Shown piece by piece: positions 1 to 9,064 of a stretch of 64,000 bases of DNA. Source of the stretch: an uncultured virus (IMG/VR IMGVR_UViG_3300035698_017129) (lineage: Duplodnaviria > Heunggongvirae > Uroviricota > Caudoviricetes). The notes beneath the pieces were generated by a model. The model was not told the origin of the DNA, ran no database searches, and saw only the letters and a list, made by a program, of their open reading frames with translations. Each line of letters begins with the position of its first letter. The first letter of the stretch is position 1. The translations under genes and the position numbers were made by a program. The stretch lies in IMG/VR virus record IMGVR_UViG_3300035698_017129; one strand, given 5' to 3'.

Positions 1-1
1 C

Positions 2-85
2 TCGGCGCACACCGTGAAGAAGTGGCTACCGAAAGGAACTGTAAAATACCAAGTGAACCCCTCTTACGCACTTGATTCTGCGTAG
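2..85 (+). CDS. 3' end of a CDS entering from the left edge (partial)
   Basis: Frame 2 reads SAHTVKKWLPKGTVKYQVNPSYALDSA then TAG, just before the next gene. Confidence 0.4.
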   Translation, partial: SAHTVKKWLPKGTVKYQVNPSYALDSA

Positions 86-106
86 GAATTCAAATAGAAA
101 GACATC

Positions 107-427
107 ATGAAAGACGCCATCATTATATTCCTAGCGCTTTCGTTCAGCGTAGCGACCTACGGCCTCTGGTTTTGGGTGTATGGCACCCAAGCCCTACGTC
201 GTGGAGTGGAGGAACCTGAACGCAGCCAACCGCCCAGGGACTACTGCTTTGCAGACTGGGTAGCCTGCAAAGTTAAAGGCCATGAGTGGCCCTGCAACGC
301 AGAGCAAGGCGTCGCACCGACACAAACCCAATTAGATAAGGGCTCAGGAGAGGGCTTCGCCGAATACGCTGAAATGTATTGCAAACGCTGCGGCTATCGC
401 TCCCCGCTCAACGACCGACTTAAGTAA
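107..427 (+). CDS. hypothetical protein, N-terminal TM helix and Cys/His putative Zn-binding motif
   Basis: Hydrophobic N-terminus; CKVKGHEW...YCKRCG; tightly packed with the next gene. Confidence 0.65.
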   Translation: MKDAIIIFLALSFSVATYGLWFWVYGTQALRRGVEEPERSQPPRDYCFADWVACKVKGHEWPCNAEQGVAPTQTQLDKGSGEGFAEYAEMYCKRCGYRSPLNDRLK

Positions 428-429
428 AT

Positions 430-1203
430 ATGGAGACACTGACAAAAGAAGACCCGCGACTACCAGTGGTAGCGCAGGCAATCGACTCCGTCCTGCAGAC
501 GCAGATCGAGATCACCAACACCCACCGACTCCAAGACGACTTGGGGATGGACAGCCTGGATTACGTGGAGATCATCATGGCGATCGAGGAGGCCTACGAC
601 ATCGACATCGACGAGCCGATCAGCGAGCAATTCGCTTCGCTGGTTACGGCGCAGGACATCCTGAACGACCTCAACAAGCGCCTGGGACCTGCAGAACCCA
701 TCGACGGTATCCTGCACCTCACCGATGACCAGTTCATCGAACGCTACAAACCGGAGAGGAACCGGTACGGTGACCTGTTCGTGCAGCGCGAGTGGAAAGA
801 GGACTCAGGCCTTCTTGGGGCCGCCATCGACGCGCACCAATGCTGGACGGCGATGGAGGACGACAACGGACGATACTGCATCAGTTGGGGTAACGCTGTG
901 GTCAACCGCCTCTACAACATCTTCACCGAGAAGCCGATCGAGGACCCGGAGTGGTACGTCTTCGTTCAAGACCCTGACGAAAGCCTCCACCTGACCGTCA
1001 CCGTTGATTGGGACACAGGCAATGAGGTCGTATCCGAGAAGGACCTACCCCGGGAGATCGAGCTGCGTCTGATGGACGTGGACGGCTCCTTTGAGGTGGT
1101 CACTGAGGAGAACTGGCTCGAAGTGATCGACTACCTGTCGGACGCCTACGGCTGGGCCATCAACTCCTGCACCTACGAGATCAACCCCAACCCAGAACTG
1201 TGA
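430..1203 (+). CDS. acyl carrier protein domain fused to uncharacterised acidic phage domain(s)
   Basis: First ~85 aa contain LQDDLGMDSLDYVEIIMAIEEAYDIDI, the ACP phosphopantetheine (DSL) signature; ~170 extra C-terminal aa. Confidence 0.8.
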   Translation: METLTKEDPRLPVVAQAIDSVLQTQIEITNTHRLQDDLGMDSLDYVEIIMAIEEAYDIDIDEPISEQFASLVTAQDILNDLNKRLGPAEPIDGILHLTDDQFIERYKPERNRYGDLFVQREWKEDSGLLGAAIDAHQCWTAMEDDNGRYCISWGNAVVNRLYNIFTEKPIEDPEWYVFVQDPDESLHLTVTVDWDTGNEVVSEKDLPREIELRLMDVDGSFEVVTEENWLEVIDYLSDAYGWAINSCTYEINPNPEL

Positions 1204-1655
1204 GCACCCTATCACGAACGATTAACAACGCCTGCGCCCCAGCTAGGCTGAAGGTCATATGCGAACACCTGGGCTGGACGTATGTCCCCCGGGGAGGGTG
1301 TGATCTCGTGGGGAATTCCGAGTTCCCTTGCACTGTCCTCGACATCGACGTCACCAGCACGCCTGCCATCTGTCCGGTGACCGCCAGAGGGCTCGTCCAC
1401 TCGCGAGGGCCTTACACTGGATATCATGCGATCATCTGCTACGAGTTCACCCTCCGCATACCATACTGGTGGACGCCTGCGTTGGTCTGGTGGTTGAAGC
1501 GCCAGGTAAGAGGTCAACGTATCCACCGCGATATTCCTGTGCACCTCTACCACGTCGCCGGCCCCCGTATGGCGCTCGGCTGGTTGTGTGAGGCGCCCAA
1601 GGCAAAACCTGTCAAAATTAACCCTTACGACTTCGGTTGCGAACCGACACCATGA
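1200..1655 (+). CDS. hypothetical protein
   Basis: GTGA overlap with the upstream stop and ATGA overlap with the downstream gene. Confidence 0.55.
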   Translation: MSTLSRTINNACAPARLKVICEHLGWTYVPRGGCDLVGNSEFPCTVLDIDVTSTPAICPVTARGLVHSRGPYTGYHAIICYEFTLRIPYWWTPALVWWLKRQVRGQRIHRDIPVHLYHVAGPRMALGWLCEAPKAKPVKINPYDFGCEPTP

Positions 1656-2107
1656 AAAAGAAATCACCACCACAAGCCGGTAACACCAAGATGGTCGGCA
1701 TCACCACAGACCGTGACCCGGTATGGGAAGGCATGGACGGCCGCCGGTTCGTCATGCCTGACGGCGAAAACATGAAGCGAGTCCGTTGGCCGTTCCTCTG
1801 GCCTAAGCGCTGGGGGTGGCGTCGCCTGCCCGAGCCCCACCTGACTTACCACCAGGTAGCGACGGCGGCAGGGAAGAGTAAGATCGTTCTCGAGCACCTG
1901 AAGAAGGGGCCTCTTTTGTGTCGCGGGGGGTTTATTTACGACCGCGCCAACAAAATTGTGATGAGCACCGCCATAGCGGAGATCGTCCTCCACTGGATGG
2001 AAGGTTGCGGAATCGCTCTCATCCGACGGCCTGGTATTAAGGGGCGCACAGTGATCGAACTCGACGTCGAGGCCACGCAGAAGAACGGAATGGGAGGGGA
2101 CAAATAA
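1652..2107 (+). CDS. hypothetical protein
   Basis: ATG at 1652 overlaps the upstream stop; its stop overlaps the next ATG (TAATG). Confidence 0.55.
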   Translation: MKKKSPPQAGNTKMVGITTDRDPVWEGMDGRRFVMPDGENMKRVRWPFLWPKRWGWRRLPEPHLTYHQVATAAGKSKIVLEHLKKGPLLCRGGFIYDRANKIVMSTAIAEIVLHWMEGCGIALIRRPGIKGRTVIELDVEATQKNGMGGDK

Positions 2108-2415
2108 TGGCTTGTGTAAGGTCTCGTTACTGCAGTGAGTGCAATGCTACCCGCCAGCATTTGGACGGTATTTGTATGGCCTGCGCAGCCCGGAAGTCTG
2201 TCGTAGTGAACATCAGCACAAAGACGGAGCCGAGGTTCTACGTACACAAGATCAACGGCGTTAACTCCGCGTCGTTCGTGTCTGAGGAGAATAAGAGTGA
2301 TGCGTTGGCCTTCCTCTCTGGTAAAGCCGCGAAGTGGAAGTCCCTCCTGGAGGACATGACCGGCTGCGAGCTGGAGTTGTTCGACTGTGAGAGGGGGCGA
2401 GTACCCTATGGATGA
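2107..2415 (+). CDS. hypothetical protein with CxxC...CxxC Zn ribbon
   Basis: CSEC...CMAC near the N-terminus; coupled start. Confidence 0.55.
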   Translation: MACVRSRYCSECNATRQHLDGICMACAARKSVVVNISTKTEPRFYVHKINGVNSASFVSEENKSDALAFLSGKAAKWKSLLEDMTGCELELFDCERGRVPYG

Positions 2416-2480
2416 CTCTCCGGAGTTTGAAGTTGGGGAAATAACCTCGCCTCAACGCCAACAGAGGTTAGAATACAGGT

Positions 2481-5400
2481 ATGACTGCGGCTCCAACCAC
2501 AGGCCCCGAGGCGATCCTCGCGGCCCTCCAATCGATGGACATTGACAAGCTCGAGGAGGAGCAGAGGGCCGTGATCAAATCCGGCAAGAAGACTAAGCGT
2601 GGCAGGGCAGTCCGCCTGCTCAACGCTGTGCAAGGTCTGCGGACCAATGAACTCAAGCCTGAGCAGCTCATGCTGTCGTCAGTCCCGGTGATCCCGCCGA
2701 AGTTCAGACCGTTCTCTGTGACAGGCGACACGTTCCTTCCCGGGGACGCCAACGAGGTTTACCGCGATGTGCTCGAATACAGAAGGCTCTACGATGCCAC
2801 GGAGAAGGCGCTGGGGCGCGAGGGAGCGTCTGAGGCCTATCTCGACCTCGTGAAGGCTACAAAGGCCGCGTACGGCTACGGAGAGAGTCCTAACCCTAAG
2901 ACTAAGGCCAGGCACGTGAAGGGATTCTTCAAGATGGTGACCGGTACGAATCCCAAGACGAGTTTCTATCAGTCAAGGATGCTCGCCAAGCCGGTGGACA
3001 CCGTTGGTCGTGGCGTCATCTCCCCGACCCCGAGATGGGTATGGATGAAGTGGGGATCCCCGAGGACATGGCCTGGAAGAGCTTCGGCAACCACGTGCAA
3101 CGTCGCCTGGTGCGATCCGGAATGCCGGCCCCTGCAGCACTCAAGCACATCACAGACCGGTCACCCATGGCACGTAAGGCGCTACTCGAAGAGCTACCGA
3201 ACCGCCCCGTGGTCATCACTCGCTCTCCTGCCTGGCACAAGACCAACGTGATCGGACAGACCGCACGCCTTGTCCCCGGTGATGCGATCCGGGTGAACAC
3301 CTTCATTACTGACGGTATGAACGCTGACTTCGACGGCGATCTCGTTCATAACCAAGTAGTTACAGCGATTCCGCGCTCACTAATTCAGGACCTACCGTTA
3401 TATTTAGTTGACCGCTTTCAGATGCTGGACAACTCCGTCGCTATGCAGAACAAACTTCAGATTCCCTACATCGATCCTACCTCTCACGAGGTTGCTGTGA
3501 TCGACCTCGAGGACTTCCCCCACGGTGAACTCAGTTTCGAGAAGCAGGGTACGAACAGCTACATCAAGTTTTTCGAGGCGCTAACGGGCACTAAGGTGAT
3601 CGCGTATGACGAGTCAACGCGGTCCATGGTATGGGCAGACGTGGCTGGGTGGAGCGAGCATACAGCCCCTCCAATCGAGGTGGTCACCCTCTCCAATCGT
3701 CGGCAGACCTTTACGGATGACGATCCTCGGGCCGTCTACGGGATGGATCCAGCGACCGGGGAAATGGGTAGGTGGACACCTACTGATGCGTTAGCGAAGA
3801 AGATCGCTGTCCCGTGCGGACGCAACCTGCGTGAGTTGGTTTCCTCTTTGGAGCCCGTCACTGAGGTCGATACCTCGGCGGAGACCCGGCTAGATCTAGA
3901 CTTTTCTGCGGGATGGTTCATGGGAGCGATGTGTGGGGACGGCTGGTGGGACAAGAAAGACAACAGCTACTGCGACAAGCGCCAGGACATGTATGGCTCC
4001 CGCAACCTCCACCTCGCCGACCTACAGGAAGACAACTCCACGCGCCTGCGGCAGTTCATCGAGGCCCATCTCGACCCTGGTGGGACGCTCTACTACCACC
4101 GGCAGGAGCAGAATAAAATAGAGGGCGACGACCGATACGGCGACTCGGTGAAGCACAGCTACAACTTCGCGGGCAGTGAGCATGTCGCGACCTTCCTGCA
4201 GACCCACCTGGGCGGGGAGCGGGATGAGAACACCGCCGGCTCGGGTAATAAACGTGTCCCAGGATTCCTGTTTCGCGCTCCCGAGGAGTTCCGACGCGGC
4301 TTCCTGACCGGTATGGTAGACACAGATGGTAGCATCTCGGTCCAACCTGACAAAGAGGCGGGAGGCGGCAACATGTTTAGCGTGGCGTCGACCTCGCTCC
4401 GTCTGATCCGTGAGCTTCAGGCGCTGTGTATGACGCTGGATGTGCGCGCAACCGTTACCTGGTCTAAGGAGACCAGCGGCGGCAACGAGTGTTGGTTGCT
4501 GGTCATGTCTACGTGGGACTGCAAGCGGCTGAACCTATTCGATCGATTGGCGACATCCTACAAACGCAACAACTTCGCTCACGCGGAGGTAGTCAAGGAG
4601 CACACAGCTGTAGTGTTCAACAAAGCCGTCGTCCCTCGCGCTGTGTTCGACATCGTGCAAACTGACTTAGTCAATCCCAAGGTCACATCAGCGGATCGTG
4701 CCGCCACCGGGCCGGACTTGGAATGGCGCAAGCACCAGCAGAACGTGGCGGTTCAGTGGAGCAAGGCGAAGCATGAGGGTATCATCTCCCGGCCTTCGGC
4801 TCGGAAGGTGCTCGATCACCTTGGAGATTTGTATAACCGAGCACTCAAGTCCAGGGACGCTGCACTTGTCTTGCTGCGCTCTGGCCATGTGGAGCTGACG
4901 CCTACCAGCGCGCAGATCTTGCGCGACGGCATCTACGCGACCGCCGCACCGTTCTCCGCGGACAGGGATAAAACGTCCCCAGCCTACAAGTTGGCATCGA
5001 TCGTCAAGACCGCCGCCCACCTCGGTGGTGTCTTGGGCGCTCGACGCCTGAAGAACCTCCTGACACGGTTAGAATCCCTGCCCGCCTATCGTGGCGCCCT
5101 GGACTCCGAAATCCTGAAAGGGTGGCGCTGCGACATCCTAAACCAAGATCACATCACCTGGGCCACCGTCGAGGACATACAATACACCGGCATCCGTGAG
5201 ACCGGATATGATCTCACAGTCCCGGGCTACGAGACATTCATGGCTGCCGACGGCGTCATCTTGTCGAACACCATGTCAGTCCACGTGCCAGCCGGCGACG
5301 CTGCTGTGAAGGATGTCCGCGAGAAAATGATGGCGAGCAAGATGCTCTGGTCGATCAAGGATCGCACGCAGACGAATGCGAATCCCAAACATGAGCAATT

Positions 5401-5530
5401 AATAGGACTGAGCATGGGCCAGAACTCAGGAGGCAAGAAGCGGCAGTTCGCAACAAACGAGGACGCCATGGCCGCCATCGATAGCGGCGAGATCGACTTG
5501 AACGACGATGTAGAAATCACAACCCCCTAA
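2481..5530 (+). CDS. phage multisubunit RNA polymerase beta'-like subunit, catalytic middle fragment; intein-containing; apparent -1 frameshift near 3022-3025
   Basis: ORF 2481 gives VPVIPPKFRP, DANEVYR and LAKPVDTVGRGVI. ORF 3035 continues with VGIPEDMA, ITRSPAWHK, NADFDGD and, after the intein, TMSVHVP. These are colinear RpoC conserved regions. One extra C in the C-run restores GRGVISPDPEMGMD. Confidence 0.9.
3341..5269 (+). mobile_element. intein (643 aa) with LAGLIDADG homing endonuclease, inserted immediately after NADFDGD
   Basis: Removal yields NADFDGD|TMSVHVP (RpoC consensus NADFDGDQMAVHVP). C-terminal GYDLTVPGYETFMAADGVILSN followed by Thr+1. Two LAGLIDADG motifs: WFMGAMCGDG and FLTGMVDTDG. 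Confidence 0.9.
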
Positions 5531-5606
5531 AAAAATGAATCGACGAAACTTAATCGCAACAGGAGCAGGAGCAGCCCTGTCCACAGTGTTACCGAGCGAC
5601 GCAATC

Positions 5607-6989
5607 TTGAATCCTTTGCGAAGTGATACCCCACCTCTCCGTGTGAACCCAGATCCAGGTGATACCCCCCGCCGAAATGTGAACCCTGAAACTCGAGATA
5701 CCCCTTTATAAGGCGTGAACCATCACCGTAACGATACCCCCAGAAGGGATGTGAACCCAAAGGCACGCGATACCCCTAAATCAAGAGTGAACCCAGGTCT
5801 CAATGATACCCCCGATGACAGAGTGAACCCAGCTTATAGTGATACTCCAGCCTGTTGTGTGAACCCTGGTGAACAAGATACCCCACCTGGCAGTGTGAAC
5901 CCAGATCTTCGTGATACCCCTGTTAGACGTGTGAGCCCAGATCCTCGTGATACCCCGAGGAGGCAAGCGAACCCCAGCTTCCGTGATACCCCACTGTAGC
6001 GCGTGAACCCGCGTAATCGTGATACCCCTGAATGAAGCGTGAACCCGAAACACAGCGATACCCCACTGTGGTGCGTGAACCCCCGAGGGCAAGATACCCC
6101 CTGTAACAGTGTGAACCCGAAGTCGCGAGACGCCCCAACTAAGTGCGTGAGCCCGTGGTTCCGTGATACCCCAGACTGCAGAGTGAACCCGAGTGCCTGA
6201 GATACCCCCGCTCAAAGTGTGAGCCCAGAATTGGGTGATACCCCAAATCGCAGAGCGAACCCCCGAAGGCAAGATACCCCCCCGTTACAGCGTGAACCCT
6301 CCATCAAGTGATACCCGAGTCTTCAGCGTGAACCCAAGTTCCAGCGATACCCCCCGTTACAGCGTGAACCCGAAATCACGTGATACCCCAGTCTTCAGCG
6401 TGAACCCAAGTTCCAGCGATACCCCCCGTTACAGCGTGAACCCAAGTTGCCGCGATACCCCGACTTAATGCGTGAACCCATGCCCGCGTGATACCCCGAC
6501 GAAGGAAAGTGAGCCCTTGCCGACGTGATACCCCCCGCGCATACGTGAACCCTGGCCGCTAAGATCCCCCATTCCAACGCGTGAACCCTGAAGATTGTGA
6601 TACCCCGGCAAAAAGTGTGAACCCGTGATGCTGAGATACCCTTCCGTGGCGCGTGAACCCTTACCCTGGTGATACCCCTTTTCACAGTGTGAGCCCTTGC
6701 CGACGTGATACCCCGCAGTGGAATGCGAGTCCCTATGATGGCGATGCCCCAAAAACAATTACGAACCCCCAACATAGTGGCACCCCAATACACAAGCGTG
6801 AACCCGAAACACAGCGATACCCCACTGTGGTGCGTGAACCCCCGAAGCCAAGATACCCCCTGTAACAGTGTGAACCCAAGATCCCGTGATACCCCGAGAC
6901 GCGGAGTGAACCCGATCTAGCCGAGATACCCCAAACCAATGTGTGAACCCGAGGAAACAAGATATCCCACACGCCATGCGTGTAACCCC
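5607..6989 (+). repeat. TIGR-like tandem dual-spacer guide-RNA array, 38 units of 36 nt (GTGAACCC-N10-GATACCCC-N10)
   Basis: GTGAACCC-like repeats at 5607, 5643, 5679 ... 6906, 6943 (36-nt period, four 37-nt units), alternating with GATACCCC. The intervening segments vary. Internal stop codons argue against coding. The array abuts a Nop/IS110-like gene. Confidence 0.9.
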
Positions 6990-7000
6990 AATTAAATTGA

Positions 7001-8188
7001 ATGAGTGAAGAATTTTACCCACAAGACAACCTCGCTGACAAGCTTTACGGCTTTACCGAAGAGCAGCTGGAAGCCTCGCGCCTCCTTTCCAAGGACCTGC
7101 TCAAGGCATCCGGCACCATGGGCCTGAACCAGGCTCGCTTCCTGATCGCCACATTCTACCTGCACCAGAAGGAGCGCATCGCTAAGAAGGCGCAGATCAA
7201 GGAGCAGAAGAAGCGCGGCGAACCCTACGATCTCCTGGAGCACTTCCGAGCCGGTGAGGCCGACATGGAAATCCAGGCAGGCAAAGCCCTTTTGAAGTTC
7301 TGTAAGAATTCGCAGACAGGGTCCTGGGCGATAAGCAACCTGGGAGTCGGCGGCATCATTACTGCAGGCCTCCTGGCAGAGATGAACATGGCGGAGTCGG
7401 TGACCCCGTCGCACTTCATCTCATACGCCGGGTTGAACCCGCAACAGGAGTGGAAAAAGGGAGAGGTGCGCCCCTACAATGTGGCCCTCAAAACCCTGTG
7501 CGCCTTCAAGCTGGGCGAGTGCCTGGTCAAGGTGCAGAACAGCGACAACGAGAGCAACTTCTACGGACGCCTGTTCAAGCAATACAAGGAGAAGGAGCTG
7601 GAGAAGAATGACGACGGCGGCAACATCGACACGGCCCGACGCGACGCCTCCGTGCCTACAGTGACTAGCGACGGCAGACGCCAGGTTGGCAGGTATAGTA
7701 AAACCACGGACGCTTGGCAGTGGGTGAACGGTTGCCTGCCAGCCGGAGCATGCGCGGAGCTGGCGGACGTGAAGAGTCAGATGCCTGAGGAACTCCTCGA
7801 GGCGAAATCGGAGGCGCGAGCCAAGTGGGTAGAGACCGCCAAGAAGGCTCTGTTCGATCAACTCCGCAGAGCCCCGGAGACCGGTCAGCCAATGCTGCCA
7901 CCATCCCAGGTGCACGGCCGTGCTCGCCGTAAGGTTGTGAAACTCTTTCTCCAGCACTTCTGGGAAGAGCGTTTCGTCGAGCTTTACAACAAGCAGCCGC
8001 CTGAGCCCTATGTGTTCGCGCACCAGGACCACTTCCACAAGATCGACCGACCGAACCCTTCGCATCCCGACCCCAACAAGCCTGAGCTGCCGAATCCCAC
8101 GATCCCCTACAGCCGGACCGAGGAAGGCAAGAAGGCATTGGCGAAGAAGAAGAAGGCAGCAGCTAAAAAGCGGGAAGGCCGGAGCTGA
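7001..8188 (+). CDS. Tas-like (TasA-type) Nop/IS110-C-terminal-domain RNA-binding protein, no recognisable nuclease domain
   Basis: Coiled-coil ARFLIATFYLHQKERIA, then LGVGGIITAGLLAEM...HFISYAGLNP and FYGRLF...HGRARRKVVKLFLQHFW, resembling the IS110 Transposase_20/Nop fold. Lacks the N-terminal DEDD RuvC domain and the catalytic SG after GLxP. Starts about 11 nt after the array. Confidence 0.8.
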   Translation: MSEEFYPQDNLADKLYGFTEEQLEASRLLSKDLLKASGTMGLNQARFLIATFYLHQKERIAKKAQIKEQKKRGEPYDLLEHFRAGEADMEIQAGKALLKFCKNSQTGSWAISNLGVGGIITAGLLAEMNMAESVTPSHFISYAGLNPQQEWKKGEVRPYNVALKTLCAFKLGECLVKVQNSDNESNFYGRLFKQYKEKELEKNDDGGNIDTARRDASVPTVTSDGRRQVGRYSKTTDAWQWVNGCLPAGACAELADVKSQMPEELLEAKSEARAKWVETAKKALFDQLRRAPETGQPMLPPSQVHGRARRKVVKLFLQHFWEERFVELYNKQPPEPYVFAHQDHFHKIDRPNPSHPDPNKPELPNPTIPYSRTEEGKKALAKKKKAAAKKREGRS

Positions 8189-8346
8189 TGGCGGATGAGG
8201 ACCTCTACCGCATAGGCTTCGAGATCGTCCCCAAGGATGAAGACGTCCAGAAGCTGGACGGGACTATTGGATACGAGGAGGAGGACGGCGAGGTCATCAT
8301 ACACGACAGCCTCAGGAACCCGCCCGAGCAAGAGGAATCCACATAA
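8188..8346 (+). CDS. small acidic protein (52 aa) translationally coupled to the Tas-like gene
   Basis: TGATG overlap; MADEDLYRIGFEIVPKDEDVQKLDGTIGYEEEDGEVIIHDSLRNPPEQEEST; below the ORF-track cutoff. Confidence 0.6.
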   Translation: MADEDLYRIGFEIVPKDEDVQKLDGTIGYEEEDGEVIIHDSLRNPPEQEEST

Positions 8347-8360
8347 TCTACTTGAGTCAC

Positions 8361-8390
8361 ACCTCCCAGCATGGTTGCATGCTGGGAGGT
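8361..8390 (+). other. 13-bp perfect stem-loop after the tas-like operon (terminator or processing/stability hairpin)
   Basis: ACCTCCCAGCATG-GTTG-CATGCTGGGAGGT; no U-tract follows. Confidence 0.55.
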
Positions 8391-8402
8391 CACTCACCCA
8401 CT

Positions 8403-8684
8403 ATGAAATTTGCATCAAAGAAACTTATTGAAACCGCAGCGGAAGTCCTCAACGCCCACGTGGCGGCAGACGACGAACAGGGCAACGCTCTGTGCGGCGA
8501 ACACCGCAACGACATCCTGGGGCTCATCAACGAGATCCTGTTTGTAGCAGCGGAGGAAGGGCGCCTCGTGGTAGCCATCGAGAGCGACGGCAGGCTCCTG
8601 GGCTTCGTGCCTCGCATGAACGTCAGCATTCCGGAGATCCCAGTGGAGACTACAGAACCTGTAACCCCGGGACCTGATGAGTGA
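8403..8684 (+). CDS. hypothetical protein
   Basis: ATG at 8403 after the hairpin; overlaps the next gene. Confidence 0.55.
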   Translation: MKFASKKLIETAAEVLNAHVAADDEQGNALCGEHRNDILGLINEILFVAAEEGRLVVAIESDGRLLGFVPRMNVSIPEIPVETTEPVTPGPDE

Positions 8685-8871
8685 GGCGGATAAGCTGTTT
8701 GAGGCGGATAAGCTGTTTGAGGAAGCCCTGCGGATCAACGCCATGGCGCACTGCCGCCCCTGGGACCGCGCTGAGGAGCTTGTGAGGTATCACCACGAGG
8801 CGTTCACGCACGCAGCGGTGAATGGTATCCAATACTTCCTTAGCGAGAGGGGTAAAGCTGCCCGACCCTGA
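8677..8871 (+). CDS. hypothetical protein
   Basis: Overlapping start; 18-nt duplication encoding EADKLF twice. Confidence 0.45.
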   Translation: MSEADKLFEADKLFEEALRINAMAHCRPWDRAEELVRYHHEAFTHAAVNGIQYFLSERGKAARP

Positions 8872-9064
8872 CCCTCCGAAGGATGCGGTGAAGTCTTGTA
8901 AGGCGTTGCACGAAACAACGGTAGCCTTGATTGCTACGCTGACCTGGGTGACCTGCTACCACGGGTGGTTCTCCCTCGTCTCAACTGGAGCAGCCGCTGT
9001 CTCGACTGTGTTGGGTTACTCTGTGCTATGCTGGGGGTATGACCGAATCAACGGCAAAACGTAG
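8822..9064 (+). CDS. small putative membrane protein
   Basis: Two hydrophobic segments; start uncertain. Confidence 0.4.
   Translation: MVSNTSLARGVKLPDPDPPKDAVKSCKALHETTVALIATLTWVTCYHGWFSLVSTGAAAVSTVLGYSVLCWGYDRINGKT

Noticed and set aside
54..61. Isolated GTGAACCC matching the array repeat
   Set aside because: A single 8-mer in coding sequence with no GATACCCC partner or periodicity.
5607..6989. CRISPR array interpretation
   Set aside because: The repeats are only 8 nt and of two alternating kinds, the spacers are ~10 nt, and no cas genes are in the window.
5715..7022. ORFs over the array (VNPxxxDTPxxx repeats on +, and several minus-strand ORFs)
   Set aside because: In-frame stops (for example 5709 and 5997), frame-breaking 37-nt units, and near-invariant third codon positions alongside non-synonymous changes point to nucleotide-level, not protein-level, constraint.
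7001..8188. Active IS110 transposase / insertion sequence
   Set aside because: No N-terminal DEDD domain, no catalytic SG motif after GLxP and no sign of IS ends; it is linked to a multi-unit array instead.
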